From: Okamejei kenojei
Lineage: Eukaryota
Direction: 5' to 3'
Length of the DNA: 64,000 nt
Assembly: GCA_035221665.1 (NCBI GenBank)
Contig: CM069131.1
Location: 23,994,001 to 24,058,000, forward strand
Part shown: in pieces, positions 63,073 through 64,000 of the stretch
Layout of the letters: every line of letters begins with the position of its first letter
Numbering within the stretch: position 1 is the stretch's first letter
Translations under genes and position numbers: made by a program
The notes under the pieces: generated by a model
Databases searched by the model: none
What the model was told of the DNA's origin: nothing
The model's input: the letters and a program-made list of their open reading frames with translations, nothing else

Positions 63073-63421
63073 AAGCCCTGTCCCACTGTACGAGTTCATT
63101 TAAGAGTTCTCCTGAGTTTGCCCTGAGATTACTCAGGGATTTACTCTGGGATTTACGGGATTTACTCTGAGATTTATGGTAATGGCCGCTCGTAAGTAAT
63201 TGGGGCTCTCGTGGACATTTTTCAAAATGTTGAAAATTCTTCACGAGTCTTCCCAAGCTTACCGCGTTTCCCCGAGTACCTGCCGTTAGCGTTACGAGCA
63301 GCTAAGGGACGTCCCCGAGCTCCGACGTACCCGCTACGTTCATTCTACGTGCTTACAACGAGTTTGATTTTTTTAAACTCGGGAGAGCACTTGAATGAAC
63401 TCGTACAGTGGGACAGGGCTT
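63073..63421. mobile_element. Harbinger-type MITE with perfect TIR and TGA TSD
   Basis: TIR aagccctgtcccactgtacgagttcatt at both ends; tga at 63070-63072 and 63422-63424. Confidence 0.9.
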
Positions 63422-63439
63422 TGAGGAGGAAGTAACATA

Positions 63440-63695
63440 TCGGGCACTGGGATTTGCAACATTATTGGCTCCCAACAATGCAGATACCCACTGACTGCTC
63501 TCATGCACTTGAAAGGGTTCCTCTTACATTTTATTTAATGAACAGGAAAGGTTTCCACTACCTCACCCTGCAGGTTGTTGTGGCTCTGAGAATTTCTTAA
63601 TAGGGAAAGTCAAGTTTCCTGGAAACATGGCAGTCACCCTAAAGTGGTTTGCAATTCCTGACATTTTCGGATGCTAAGGAATAATGGCTATCCTT
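63440..63695 (+). pseudogene. Highly degraded Harbinger (HARBI1-like) transposase fragment
   Basis: ALGFATL.., DCSH (cf. GAIDCTH), NRKGFHYLTLQVVV, KFPGN and NGYP occur in the expected order with frameshifts. Confidence 0.65.
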
Positions 63696-63744
63696 CAAAT
63701 TTTTAAGTTGAGATTCACAGACTCTTGATTAGTAAGTGTCAAAG

Positions 63745-64000
63745 GTTAGATCATAAGATCATGTGATAGGTGTAGCATTGGATCATTCGGCCCATCAAGT
63801 CTCCTCCACCATTCAATCATAGCTGATCTATCTCTCCGTCCAAACCCCATTCTCACTGCACATTTCAATGAGGTCCCTCATTCTTCTAAACTTCAGCGAA
63901 TATAGACCCAGTGCTGTCAAATGCTCATATGTTTACCTGGTCATTTCTGGGATCATGCTAGACCCTCCTCTGGACCCTTTCCAGAGCCAGCCATCCTTCC
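63745..64000 (-). mobile_element. CR1 3' end running off the window
   Basis: Minus strand LALERVQRRV..MIP; 3' UTR hairpin and ttatgatc tail. Confidence 0.8.

Noticed and set aside
51799-64000. Next ARHGAP10 exon (expected ..PLEKFRKEQ.. segment)
   Set aside because: I could not find it by eye. It probably lies beyond the window, although I cannot exclude the N gap at 53503-53703.

Overview
This is vertebrate intronic DNA, not a microbial genome. The repeat content (V-SINE/HE1-like SINEs, CR1, Rex1/Babar and abundant Penelope terminal repeats) suggests a cartilaginous fish, probably a skate; that assignment is an inference. The only host coding sequence I can support is two small plus-strand exons of a GRAF-family BAR-domain RhoGAP, best matching ARHGAP10: 46168-46263 (96 nt) and 51737-51798 (62 nt). 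The window therefore probably covers the distal part of a long first intron, intron 2 and part of intron 3. The rest is a dense, nested set of mobile elements: CR1, Rex1/Babar, L1, RTE and Penelope retroelements, V-SINEs, Tc1, Tc2/pogo-like, hAT and Harbinger elements, and Helitron-like and Crypton-like ends. Main observations: (1) more than a dozen Penelope terminal-repeat copies from three sub-families carry a minimal type-I hammerhead ribozyme motif whose stem II covaries between sub-families, occurring singly, in tandem and as inverted pairs; (2) one GC-rich module is shared by elements with termini of three DNA-transposon superfamilies and has expanded into a satellite; (3) there are several local templated or inverted duplications; (4) there is a candidate recursive splice site. 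Nearly all entries in the ORF track are spurious or transposon-derived. Boundaries of degraded repeats are approximate.
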